A DNA stretch of 63,435 nt, the filler included, from Reclinomonas americana ATCC 50394 (Eukaryota): NCBI GenBank assembly GCA_048213135.1. It is 13 parts of 13 records of this genome, joined end to end, with 100 filler letters (N's around TTAATTAATTAA, not from the genome) between each part and the next. Parts side by side here need not be neighbours in the genome. Positions count along the whole stretch, not along the records: positions 20,337 to 37,869 come from AFZH01023711.1; 12 more parts are not named here. One strand, given 5' to 3'. Positions 23,339 through 35,953 of this stretch are shown one piece after another (the first letter of the stretch is position 1; the number at the start of each line of letters is the position of its first letter). The notes beneath the pieces were generated by a model. The model saw nothing but the letters and a program-made list of their open reading frames with translations. It had not been told where the DNA came from and did no database searches. Position numbers and translations under genes: made by a program.

Positions 23339-24241
23339 ATGTCCGCCGCCCCCGACGCCGCCTCATCATCGTCTGCACTCTCCCCGCACATTCAGGTAAA
23401 AAAAGCAGCAAGAGAGAGAGAGAGGCAGACAGAGAGAGAGTGACATCTTCTCTCGCGTGCAAATGAGCATGCTCAACTTGGTTTATGCATGCATGCATGC
23501 AAGCTGTCTTGCTGACTCTCTCTGTGTATGTGCTGTTGTCTCTGAATGGTTAGGTGTCGTCGCAACGACGACCATTGACGTATGTGATTCGCGCGGAGAG
23601 GGTTCTGCAGGAGTTTGACACGCTGGAGATCTCGGGACTGGGAATCGGTATGTTGTCTCTCAGTGCATGCAGCTTGCCAGTGAGTGAGAGACCGCTCACT
23701 GTGTGTGTGTGTGACGATCAACGAAGCAATCAACACGGTGGTCTCTGCTGCGGAGATGATCAAGAAGAAGGGATACGCCACCGTCTCTGGTGCGTAGGTG
23801 GACCACACAGGCCTTCGTTGTTGTTGGACTTCTCTCCTTCTTCCCCTGTCCTTCTTCTCCTCTCGCCCTTCTCCCTCCTCTCACTCTACTTCCTCTTCTC
23901 CTTCTCCCTCCTCCCCACGTCTTGACGTTCTTTCTCAATCACTTTCTCCTTCACGCTTCGCTCATCTTCGCCGTCTTCTCGCCCTCATTCCTCTTCCTCG
24001 ATGCAGGCATTGAGACGTCGCTGGTGAGCAGTGAGGAGAAGGGAGAGCAGAAGCCAAAGATTGTGGTGCGCATGCACCGCGCACCAGGCTTCGCCGAGCA
24101 GCTGGCCATCCAGACTGCCAAGCAGGCCGAGAAGAAGGTTTTGTTGATTGTCTCGCATGCCCGATCGATGATGGCTGTGTTCATTGTTTTCTTCTGCAGA
24201 AGGCGGCTGAAGCTGCCGCTGCCGCTGCTGGCGACGCCTAA
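23339..24241 (+). CDS. Alba-family DNA/RNA-binding protein (5 exons)
   Basis: HIQVSSQRRPLTYVIRAERVLQEFDTLEISGLGIAINTVVSAAEMIKKKGYATVSGIETS...KPKIVVRMHR follows the Alba pattern. Confidence 0.9.
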
Positions 24242-24632
24242 AGTCGCTTGCAGAAGCCAAGGAGCGAGACTGTTGAACAATTTGCTCTTTCCCTCTTGTC
24301 TGCCACCATCATCACTGCTCTTCCCCCCTTCTCTGTAGCGACGCGACGCCCCACCCCTCTCTTTGTGTGCAAGCAGCACTTATGGTCACTCATATGTGCT
24401 GCTGCAATACTTCTCCATCCCTTATCGTCTCTTTGCCGTCGCCGTCCTGTGCCGGACGATTTCCCCCCGCCCCACCCTCTTCACCGTCTCTGCTTCTTTA
24501 GTTCAATAAAGAAACACAATTACCACAATCTTTTCTTTTTTTACTTCAACAGCACAAATTGATACGCCACATGAACAACAACATCAACAACAATGATTAC
24601 AACGGGATGGCGACAAGTGGTGAGATCGCGCC

Positions 24633-26676
24633 CTACGGTCTCTCCACCGTCACGCGCAGACCACTGGCTTGCCCGACGTACGTTGCTGCAGGTGAATGAG
24701 GCGGGGGGTGTGGCGACTGCGCACCGCCCGGTAATGATGGCGGTGCGAGCAGAGGCTGCGGCGCTGCGCCCGTAACCACTGTGTTCTCCTCGGCAGCTTC
24801 GGCGCCCGCCGGCCACACACTGCTCGTGTAGGCCACGATTTCCGCACGGCACACTGGGCACTTGTCCACGTGCTGGAAGCACTCGTGGCACACACAGTGA
24901 TGTCTGCACGGCAGCAGAGTGATGCGCGGTGGATCCGTGAGACAAATGGTGCACACGTGGTCCTCTTGCCCTGGATCCTTCTCGAAGCCATACACATCCT
25001 GCGTACCGGGTGTGAGAAGGAAGAACACGCACTGGAGGAGGAAGATTTTCGGTCGACGCAACGTGCACTTCGTAGGCACCGAATGGCACACAAACAACAT
25101 GCTTCACCTCGGCCACACGCAACGGAGCGGTGGCGGTGCCTCCGTCGAACCACACAAAGTAGAGCACGCATTCGACATCAGCGCAAATCTCCCGCAAGTC
25201 GTCGGCCACGCCGGACAAGCGCGCCGACGGAGCCGGAGTGTACATGGCGGGCTGTTGTGGTGCTGGTCGGTGTCGTGCACTGCTGGCCGACACCTCAGCA
25301 GGCGGCGGTGCATCTTTTCTGAGGAGAATCACCAGCGGAACAGCCACATTCAAATCGAGGCTCGCCAGTGCATCCACACGCGGTCGTTCGTGTTGCGGCA
25401 GCACGAATCGGTGTCGGCCATGCGAGAAGCTACAGATGACGGGGAAATCAGAAGACATGAACCACACACACGCCTCCCGCCACTCTCGCCACTCAACTAT
25501 CTCCGATCGCCGGCGGCGCGGAACTCTTGCGGCAAGAAGAACGGATAGCCCGAGTGCACCACAGCCTCGTCCACCGACGGTCCATCGGAAAACACACTCA
25601 TCTCCACGTCCGTCTTGGGTGCCGGAGCGCCACCCTTCTTGTGACCGCTGCCGCCGCTGCTGCGCGAGCCGTGACTATGTCGACCATCACCACCTCCGCC
25701 AACACCCGCACCACTGCTGCTGCTGCTTCCGCCCTTGTCTTTGCCTGCGGGCGAGGCAGCCTGCTGCGCCTCCAAGTACTCAGTCAACCGACGCTGTCCC
25801 TCGCGCGACAGCTGATGCCGATGTCGTTCGACAGCCGCCAGTGTCACTCCCCAAAACACCTCCAGCACCACCGGCACGTCACACAAGAACTCGAACGACA
25901 AGTCCACGGCGCCTGCAATGCGCGTTCGTGAATACAACAAGGAACCACGTCTCCAAAAGAAGAAAACACGGCATCACGAACCCTCACTCGGCGACATTCC
26001 CGCACTCAGCGACGACTTGCGCAGTCTCGCAAAGCTAAACAAGCGCAGCATCTCCGACGGTGGAATGCGTGCACGGTGGTTGCGCACGACCTGCATCACC
26101 TGCGATCGAACATTGCCGACCGCCGGTCCACCGGCCACGTTTGAGGCCACGCCAAGAGGCACAATCTGAGGGTGGATGGGAGGGGTGAGGGCGCAGAGAG
26201 GGAGAGAGAGAGAATGAGAGGCAAAGAGCCTGCTGGAGTGGGGTGAAAGAGGAGAAGAACGGAATGAGAGGCAGCCAAGCCAGTCTGTCTTTCTCTCTCT
26301 GGAGAGGAATGAAGAGAAGAAGGACGGCAACAGAGGCAGCTATTCTCTCTCCCTCTCTCTCTCCTGCTTACCTGATTGCTCCGCAAGGCACTCCTCAGCT
26401 CCATGAGAGCGCACGTCTGCCGCGCCAGTCGAAACAACCAAAACACCAGCAGACTTGCAATCACCAGCACGAAAAAGTTCTGGATCTCCGGCTGCACCGG
26501 CACAAAGTTCTCCTGCACACACAAGCGACAGAGAGACAGAGTGAGTGAGTGAGAGAGAGAGAGCGATGACCATGTCCGCTCTCTTCCTTCTCTCTTGTCT
26601 CACTGTGTGAGTGGAAGTGCGTGTATGTGTGTGTATCGCCTCTCCAACGCACTAGTGCTGCAGCAGTGCCCGCCAT
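24633..26676 (-). CDS. N-terminal TM, C-terminal C3HC4-type RING E3 ligase (CGRRF1/MGRN1-like)
   Basis: TM segment FFVLVIASLLVFWLF; RING region QDVYG...CTICLTDPPRITLLPCRHHCVCHECFQHVDKCPVCR. The start exon MAGTAAAL is inferred. Confidence 0.85.
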
Positions 26677-26814
26677 TTTCTCACAACAACGACGAGAGAA
26701 TCGTTCGGCCAACAAGAGTGGAACGCGCTTCTCTTCTTCTCCTCTCTCCAGAGACACACACGCTCAGAGAGAGGCACACACACAGTGCGCTCACGGTGAC
26801 ACAAGCAAGCGAGG

Positions 26815-28223
26815 ATGAACCGACAAGGACACTGGGACACTCATATCAAGTCAACAGAAGAATCCGTCACTTGCGACGCGATGAAGAACTACTATGATGG
26901 TGCGTTGACAAGCACACGCACATAATGCCCTGTCTCTCTGTGCGCACGCACGCACGCACGCAAAGAAGAAGAAAAGAGCGATGATTGCTGATTTACGCGC
27001 GCGTTTTTTCTTCTGTTCTCTCTCTCTCTCTCTTCTCTCTCTTGTGCTCAGTGGTTGCCAACACAATGACTTCGGCGCCGTTTGTGGCGTTTGCGGTGAG
27101 CGACAATGACCCGCAGTCGCAGGCGATTATCGATCATGCGATTGGCGCGGAGCCACCGCTCGAGTGGATTGCGTGTCAGCAAGGGCCGCACTCGATGCTG
27201 CTCTTCCTGCTCCTCTCGCCCTTTATTGTGTGCGTGTACTTGCTGGCGTTCTTCTTCACGTGGACGGTGAAGGTGAGGGGGAAGGAGCAGGAGGAGAGAG
27301 GGTGAAGGCAGAGCCTGAGGATCGGCACGTTGAGCGTATGAAGCAGCGACGAGAGGGATTGGAGAAGAAGGGGAGAGAAAGAGACTGAAAACGTCAGCAA
27401 GCGAGGCCTTGAGAGGCTGGAAAAGGCGGCAAGAGGCTGGAGAAGAACGAAAGACCGGGAAAGACAGTGTGGGCGACTGGGAACAGCACCTTGAGAGCTG
27501 GAAAAGGCGGCAAGAGACTGGAGAAGAAGGGGGGAGAAAGAGACTGAAAACGTCAGCAAGCGAGACATTGAGAGGCTGGAGAAGAACGAGTGACTGGGAA
27601 CAGCACATTAAGAGACTGAGGCGGCGACGAGAGGGTTTGAAAGAAGGGAGAGAACGAGACTGTGAACAGTACCTTGAGAGACTGAGAAGGACTGGGAAGG
27701 AGGAGTGACAGTGCAGGGACCGCGAACGACAGCAAGTGAGACGTGAATGACCACGCTGGGTACAACAAGAGAAGAAGGGAGATCGAGGCACCATCAACGA
27801 CCGAGGAGGCAACGTGCAGAAGAACTGGTTGGGTGTCTTACCTTCTTTTGTTTCTTCGCCCATCGTCAGGTCTTCTTCCACCACCCGTGCTGGCTGATCA
27901 CCGTGCCACTGCTGGCACTGCTGACGCTGCTGGTGGCGCCACTGAACCTGCTGGTGCACTTTTGCCGGTGGAGCTGGAAGCTGTCGGCGTGGACACGCCG
28001 CCTCGGCACCATGTGCAAGCTGATTTGCGCCTGCTGCATGGTGCCGCACCCGCCAGAGTTCTACAGTCGCAGCAGCAGCAGCAGTGCGAGTCGACGAGCG
28101 GCCGCGAAGAAGGCGGCTGCGGCGAAGGAGCCGACGGATATCCGCACGGCGAACAGGAGAGTACCGCCACTGGAGAAGCCGTACACCAGCACCCCCGGCG
28201 ATCAGCACAGTTTGCTCTTGTAA
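26815..28223 (+). CDS. Uncharacterised membrane protein (2-3 TM segments), 3 exons
   Basis: Exons splice in frame: MNRQGHW...KNYYD | VVANTMT...MLLFLLLSPFIVCVYLLAFFFTWTVK | VFFHHPCWLITVPLLALLTLLVAPLNLLVHF...DQHSLLL*. Confidence 0.65.
27340..27700. repeat. Imperfect 80/160-bp purine-rich tandem repeat in an intron
   Basis: gagaaagagactgaaaacgtcagcaagcgag, ctggaaaaggcggcaagag and gactgggaacagcac each occur twice. Confidence 0.8.
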
Positions 28224-28293
28224 AGAAAAATACTCGCGCGCGCGCGTTTTTTGTCTCTCTTCTTCTTCTGTGTGTGAACGCGACAACAACAAC

Positions 28294-28645
28294 ATGGGCT
28301 TTGGCGACGGTGCGGTGTATGCACTTGAGAGGGGCAAGTGCAGACCTCTCACTCTTCTCTTCTCTGTGTGTGTGTGTGTGTGTGTTTGCAGACATTTTGG
28401 ATCACTTGGGTGGTGTGGGCAAGGCCATTGAGACTGGCATCGACGTCGACCACACGGTGCACGACGCGAAGGACCACCACTGGTGGGATGGTGAGTGAGA
28501 AAGAGTGTGTGAGAGAGTGGGAGAGAGTGTGTGATTTGCGTCATTCATTCATTCGTCATGACACGCAGCGGCCAAGAGCGGTGTTGGCGCCGTGGTGAAT
28601 GGCGTGGAGGCGTGGGGTGACTTCTCCAGCGGTGACTGGATCTAA
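28294..28645 (+). CDS. 63-aa three-exon microprotein of unknown function
   Basis: Exons 28294-28309, 28392-28490 and 28569-28645 have GTGCG/GTGAG donors and CAG acceptors, and give MGFGDDILDHLGGVGKAIETGIDVDHTVHDAKDHHWWDAAKSGVGAVVNGVEAWGDFSSGDWI*. Confidence 0.75.
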
Positions 28646-28864
28646 ACATACAATGCACAGGTGTGCCGTTTCCGATCGACAGTGGGGCCTTTGCGCTTTT
28701 GGCGGCTCTCTCTCTCGCTCGCTCGTGAAGCAAATGAATTCCTCCCCCTTTCTCGTGAGCAAGCGGAGGGAGACGTTGACGGGAGGAGGCCGTGCTGCAA
28801 CACAACGCATAGATTACATTGGTGGGGGCAAGCTGTGGGCCCCCCTAAATTGTTTTTCTCCTCG

Positions 28865-31607
28865 TCAAGCGCACATGTTGCCGGGTGTGACGTGTGCGGG
28901 TGACGGTGCCGGTGGGGCGGATGGAGCGGCGGAGGCCGGTGGCGGTACGAACACCTCGTCAGTGCCCGGCACTGGTGACTCCTTGCCGTTTGCCGTGGAT
29001 CGTGCGGGTGACACGGCGCGTCGAGATCGTCGCTTGTGGCGGATGACCAGGAACGCCACCACCAGTGCGACAATGAACCCGCCACCAACGCCCACGGTCG
29101 TGCCAATGATAATGGCATTACGCTTGGTATTGGAGGACGAGGAGCCGGTGGTGGTGGTGGAGAGCGAAGAGTCGCATTGTTGCGACATGGAGGGCGGTGT
29201 GGTCGAATACCGGTAGGCTGCGGGCACGGAGGAGGAGCAGTAGGAGACCGACTGGCCAGTGCTGCCGCCGCCCGACGCCACACAAAAGGTACTCGAGTTG
29301 GTGTTGACAAACCAGCGGTCCATCATGCCCGTGTCTTCGTGGTACTGCATGTGGCAAACTACAATCAGGCAGGGCAGAGCAGAGTGTGGGGAGAGAGGAG
29401 AAGAGAAACGCACCAGGAAGTGGCAGTGCAGGAAAATGTTGCCGCCCCATCGATCCAGTGAGATGCGGGTGCGAGTGGAACCAGCGTAGGCTGGAACTGT
29501 GTCGCGGAAGTCGCCCAGCGGACCCCACACAGTTGTGTAGGCGGTGGGATTCGAAGCGCCCGTCGAGTCGGTCACACTCAGCACCTGCAGTCGTCTCGTG
29601 AGTTCCTCTCTCGCGCTTTTTCTCTCTCACTCTTCGCTCACCTGGAACGGATAGACGTGCAGGTGGATGGGGTGTGGCGTCTGTCCGCGGCCCTGGATGG
29701 TGAACTCCTCGACCGTGCAGGTGGAGCCAACGTGGCGGTACTCCATGGTTTCGGTGCCCCACGGCACGTACGGGCACTCGCCGTATGTGTTTGGATTCGC
29801 AGTCATGCAGTCACGGCCGGTGCTGGTGACAGCGATGGTGGTGAGTCTCCTCCTTACACAAGGCAGAGTGTGGGTGGAAAGCATCCTGACAAACCATTGC
29901 AGCGCGCAGTCCTTGCCGACGCCGAGCCACGCATGGCTGCCGGAGGTGACACCGGTTTGTTCGACTCCGAGCTGCCAGCTGCCGACCGTGGACGCACTGG
30001 TCAGATCGCGCAGATAGTACGGGCGCGTGATGCCGCTGGAAGTCCACGACGGTGTGCTCATGCTGACGGCCGAGCCGGCGACATTGAGCGTCACCAGATT
30101 CTGCAGGAAGAGAGCCTCGTAGTCGGCAGCCCGTCGCTGCGGGTTGCTCATAAAGTAGTACGTGCCTGTGTGCGTCGTGAGCGAGTGTGTGAGTGAGAGG
30201 AGGTGGGGCGACGGCACTTTGGGTTGACAACAACTCACCCGCCGTGGAGCACATGTAAGCAATGGACACACGGCCGGCCGGCGGTATCGGCACCATAGTC
30301 ACATCACGCGGTCCGTTGATGAGGAAGATGCCGTCCTGCGCCAGCAGGCGCATGCTGCACGCCGACGATCCGTTGGCCGTGCCGGTGCGAATCTCCAGCT
30401 CGAGGTACACGTCGCCCACGGCGTTGACGACCTCGAAACGGCGCCACTCGCCCGGTTTCACCGTCAGCGTCGGCTGCAGCTGGCCGTTCACCAGGTACAC
30501 GTCGGTGAGATTGACAGTGCTGCTCAGGCTGAGGTTGAGCGAGAGCGGGTCGTTGATCTCCGTGCGCAGACTCGGGATCGAGATGATGCGGAACGGGTCG
30601 GTGGTCGGATTGCACGAGCACATGGCGGTGTGGGAGAGCACCAGCAGGTCCGATTGCATGGCCGAGTAGGTGGCTGGCGGTGTCGAAGACGACGGCCAGT
30701 CGACGATAATGCCGCCCACCAGACCACCAGCCACGTGCAGTGTCGACGCGCCATGGACTGTTTACACAACAGCATGTCAGTGACAGTGGTGATGTAGCGA
30801 CCTGCGAGACCGCGGCTCACCATGAGAGTGGTACCAGTGAGTGCCAGGCATGTGGTCCGAGGGGATGCTGAACGTATACGTGCGGCTCTCGCCCGGAGCG
30901 AGAATGACGAACGGATTGTCGACACTCGGATCCACGTGCTGCGAGGAAGAACGAACTGGTGAGACGGACTCCCCAGCTCCTCTTGCGACGGCTGCACATA
31001 GAGGGATCAGACGCACCAAGCCATGTGTGTGCACGTTGGCATAGTTGGGATTCATCAGCATGTTGCCAGTGTGGGTCGTCGAGCTGGTGGTGTCGGTCGG
31101 CAGCTTATTTACCAGTGTCAGTCTGAAAGCATGCGGATCAGCAGCTGGAAGGCGCAACCCCGGAAAGCAAAAGGCACACACTGCCTCACCTGACCGTGTC
31201 GCCCGGCTTGACAATCATGGTCGGCCCCGGAACCTGATATGATCACGATTGAGATATCTCCGCATGCACAAATCGGGCGCTTACCACACACAGACGCTCA
31301 CCGAGCAGGCGCCATTGACGCAGAACGCGCGCGTGTTGAACGAGAAGGCAGTGGCGTTCATGGTGTACTGCTCCACCGACATGGTGAACTCGAGGACACC
31401 ATTGGAGGAGGTCAGCGCGGTCGGCGCCTGCAGCGTCGGACCCGCAATCACCGTGCTGCTGCCACACGCACTGGTGATGCCAATGCCGCCGTTGCCGGTG
31501 GTCGCCTGCGTGCATGTCACCGTCTGCGCACTGGCCAACAGTGGCATAACGATCGCCAAGAGCACTGCCGCAGTGGCCAAGACCATGTGCAATCTCCGAA
31601 CGGTCAT
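28865..31607 (-). CDS. Three-domain multicopper oxidase, type I membrane protein
   Basis: Signal peptide; copper motifs NVHTHGL, GTHWYHSH, HPIHLH and HCHFLYHEDTGMM. TM segment AIIIGTTVGVGGGFIVALVVAFLVI is followed by RHKRRSRR. Confidence 0.93.
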
Positions 31608-31904
31608 TGGTCTCCCAGCACACTCTCGTGGTCGTTCACTCACTCTTCTTCTTCTCTCTCTCACTCTCAATCTGTATTCCCTTCTACACGGGAGTGCGCT
31701 GAACAAGTGGTGATGGTGGTCGCTTAACCTCGGCGCCAACACAAATGCAATCGAGAGATGGAATGCGTCGCGAAGCCGACACGAATATTCTATTGAACGA
31801 TTACATTGGATCTCAAATCGCCGCGCGTTGCAACGTTGCGATGCAGAATACCGACGACCCGACCCGACCCGATACATATAATTCCCCGCTCAGCTTCCTT
31901 CTTT

Positions 31905-34900
31905 TCAATTATAATTCTTGCTGCCGTGGTGCGGTTCACCTCCGGATCCTTGCAACTGGCGAAGTTCGCGCATGCGCTCCGAGGCGTGTCGCACGCTTTG
32001 TGCGAACTCGTAATCGCTGGTCTCCAGCCGCCTCCACATGGCCACCAGGCGCACGTCGGGAAGCGTGGACAGGCTGTGGGGGTGATGGTAATGGCGGTGG
32101 TGGAGGTGACGGCTGAGAGCGGGTGACAGAGAACGAGAGGACTCGCGGGCTTGAGTTAGCGCCGTTACTGCGGGAGTCCTGCTCCGACTGCTGTGCAACA
32201 GGGCGTGATCATCGAGAGCGCGACCCCATTGCACCGCCGGTGGAGAATCCTCCACTGTCGGAGCCGGCAGTGGCGCTGTGGGAGGGGGTCCCACTGAGTG
32301 CCGCCGAGGAGAAGCCGGGAGACGAGGCCGACGACAGAGGCGGGAAGGTGAGACCAGTAGAGAAGGTACCCTGCTCGCCACCAACACTGCTGCCGCCGCC
32401 GCCACCGCCGCGCAGCTGCGGACTGCCGCTGGTCAGAATCGATGTTATGCCGGCGTGTGCCGACGCCGGCGCTGGCGACATAACTCCGGCCGCAGCGGAG
32501 CGAGGCGTCATGCGCGACTGCTGCTGCTGCTGCTGCTGCAGCTGCAAGTGTTGTTGCAGCTGGTGTTGCGTCAAGCGCGCCTGTCGCGAAGACAGCTGCT
32601 CGTCGAGACGACGCGGGGTCTCCATGGTCAAACTGGACATGCGCTGCATGGCCTCGTCCAGCTGCGCGGCCAGCGACGAATCCGACGGCAACGGCCCTGG
32701 ATCACTTTCACCCTCCGGATACTCAAACGCTGTCGTCGGCGAGTCAGTCACGTGCAGCAAGAATGCACAAGTAATGAATCAACAAAACCTCGTGTGCGAT
32801 GCTTGGCCTTCATCAGCTTTTGCTGCGCGGTGGTGCCCACCGGATACGCCGGAGCAGGGCCAGCTGCACCCGACTGCGATGTCGTAATCAGTGTGCCGGC
32901 AGGCCTCCGACGCACCGGTGCGGCACGAATGGTAGATGCCCCAGGCGCCGCGGCCGTTACCGTTACCGATGCGGTGGTTGTTACCGCAGCGCCGGATGGC
33001 GTGGTGCCGCGTGACGAGGACTGAGAGGCTCCGGGTTTGGTACCGCGAGAAGAGGTTCTGCATTTTTGTGCACAGAGAGGACAGACAGACGATTTGTTGA
33101 GGGCTCACCCATGGGCGCTGCAATTGGTGCAAGCCTCGTCACGCACCTCAATTTTGGCTTCTTCTTGCGATCCTTTTCTCCAGTCTTCGATCGAGAAGAG
33201 GCACTGTCGCCACGATCGGTGCCGCGGTCGGCGCCCGTCGAGTCCCCTGACACGGACTCGGTGTCCGACTCGTCCAGATCCTCTGTCGCACCCATGACAG
33301 TCAGCGACTCCACGCAACACACCCATTCTCGTCATCTAGTGACACTGACCAGAGTCCCTGGATTCACCCCTGCCGGCGTCCGAACCACCTCCATACGAGT
33401 CCCTCCACCGCAGTGATGTTGACACGTGCAGTGGCGAGGAAGGCGACTGTGCGACACACACCATATGTTAGACGAGGAAACAAATCAATGATCAATAACA
33501 TTACATGTCCACAGACCGGCTCAATGGTCAGCGCGCCACCATGCGCTCCGCGTGTGGCGGAGCCGGAGGCGCCCGGCGGAGGTGGGCCTGGTCTTTGCAC
33601 CAGTCGATCTGCAGTGCCCAGTCCGTCACAGAGGAAACCAACATGAAGCAAACATCAATCGTCACCCACCATCTTCGCTGACGGAGCGCGCCGTCTCACG
33701 AGCCGCACGCTCCTCCGGTTCCCAATACTCGGCTTTCGAGAAAAGAAAACACACACAGCGGTCAGACGCGATGCGCTACGTGGAGAGCACACATCCAGGC
33801 ACACCTTCATCCTCCTCTTCCTCCTCCGCCTCGTCCTCCTCGTCCAACTCTTCATCCTCGTCCTCCTCACCATCGTCTTCATCGTCGTCCGACGGCAGAT
33901 CAAACTGAATCACGTGCTGCAGCGGGTTGACCAGCAAATCGAGGTGCGGTGATGGCACGTCGCCTCGTGGTGCTTCCACTCCACCCAGCGACCCAGAGGC
34001 ACTCCCACCAATATCGCCACCGACTGCTCCCTGTCGACTGGAAGGGCGTGACGACACACGACCCACTGCGGCACGAGACGCCACACAATGCATCAGACAG
34101 CGTTGTGCGCACAACAAACGAATGACAACGAACATGCTTCGGCAACCGACATGCGAGTGGAACCGGCTCCGTTGGAAGCCGTGGCGGCGGCAGAAGATGC
34201 GGCGACAGCGGCGCGCAGCTGGCCCTCCAGTTGGAGCACCAGTCGCTCCTGCATGTCGGGCGACATGGGACCCGGTGGCCCCTCGGTGCCACGCACTTCA
34301 ATCGTGCGGATGCGCGCACTGGCACCGAGAATGAACTCATTCGACATGGTCGCCGCAGCCTCGTCGAGCTCTGGCGTGTCGGAGACGTGCTCCGGCGGAA
34401 ACAAGTGAATGTTTTCTGGGATTTTGAAAACGAGAAAAGAGAAGAATTTGCTCCCCTGCGTTGCGCTGAGGTAAGAGACGCACTCCCTCGCAGCAAGCGA
34501 GCAATGCAGAAAAACGCGCAACATCCGTGTTGGCACTCTCCAGATTGCAAGAGATGCGGGGTGTCAGCGTGCGCTGGTTCAGCAGTGACAGTGGGTTCTG
34601 CGAGCGACAAACGCGGTGATGAGGACGGAGAAGCAAATCCTCCACTTCCGCCGACACGAACCGTGTGCTTGGTCATGCGCATGACCATGTCACTGGAGTC
34701 GACGGGACTCGTGGGCGACGTCACAGTGGCACTACTGGGTGAGCGGTACCGCGACGCAGTCGGCGTTGTGGTCACCGGCGCACTGTCCATGGCGGAGAAC
34801 GCCGCCACGTAGCGCTTCTGAATGTCGAGGTAGATGTTGGTGGCGATTTTCTTAATGTGCTGGAAGCGAAGCAGACGGGCTCCTGTGCCATGGAAAGACG

Positions 34901-35892
34901 GTGAGTTACTTTCTCAGAGAGGCGAATCGCAGCGGCCGACCAACCTCGGTAGAGGTCCCCGCGGCCTTCGGTCAGGATCTCGTTGATGGTGCGCGCAATC
35001 TCACGCATGTGCACACACTCAAAGTCGTCCTGCGACAGAAAGTTGGGCACGAGCAGCACGAACGGCGGCATGGTCGCGCGCTTCGGTTGATGCATCGGCA
35101 CACAGGTGACAAAATGCGCTCCGTACAGCACCGTGTCGTCGGTGAGGAGTCGAGTGCCGACGCGCACACGAATGTCGGCGTGGTGCAGGTTGAGTGGCGC
35201 CACAATCATCACCCGCCCCGTCACCTCAAACGGCGGCAGGTCGTAGTCTTGGTAGATCTAGGCGACAGGAGATGATGAGAGGAAGGAGAGGAAAGAGGGA
35301 GAAGGTGACAAGTCGCGACCTTTTCAAACGACATCATGCACGGCGGCACTGCCGACGGGTTACACATGACATCGCCAGCGTACACACGATCCACCAGCAC
35401 ATCACGCGCTCGCAGCTCCGACACAATCGGCGCAATGTGCGTCGCCGATCGTCGCGACACCAACACCAACACAAAGCTTCGCGACAAGAGCTGCATGCCA
35501 CACACTGTGAGCGGCACACAAGACACAACAAACAGAACAGACAGGCAGACATGTACGAAACTCGCAGCTCCTCCGCAGCACCCGCACGCAAGTACAACGA
35601 CGGCTTCTCCTCGCGCCAAAAGTGCAGTTTGGTGAACTCCCCAATGACACCTTCTCACACACACATAGTGAGCCACTGCACACAGAGAGACAGAAGAGCA
35701 GCTCTCACGTGCCTTCCACCACCATGATGAGCAGCGGGCGCGGTGGAGGCTCAACCGCCGAGGCTGTACACACACACACACACACACACGCGCGCGAACA
35801 TCAGTGAATGAACAAGACGCACAGACAAGCAGTAGTCACGCTCTGTCTGTGTCTCTCTCACCCTCACCGCCTCCGCCTCCTCGCACACTCAT
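31905..35892 (-). CDS. Large multi-exon protein: N-terminal degenerate HAD/FCP1-like domain, long low-complexity C-terminus
   Basis: PLLIMVVEGVIGEF...SLYLRAGAAEELRLLSRSFVLVLVS resembles FCP1/SCP motifs I and II. Downstream exons are acidic, poly-Q and Ser-rich. Exon joins are only partly verified. Confidence 0.55.
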
Positions 35893-35953
35893 GGCGTGAG
35901 AAGAGAAGATGACGGACGGAAGAGCGCGCGAAAATTTGTAATATAAAAACGAG

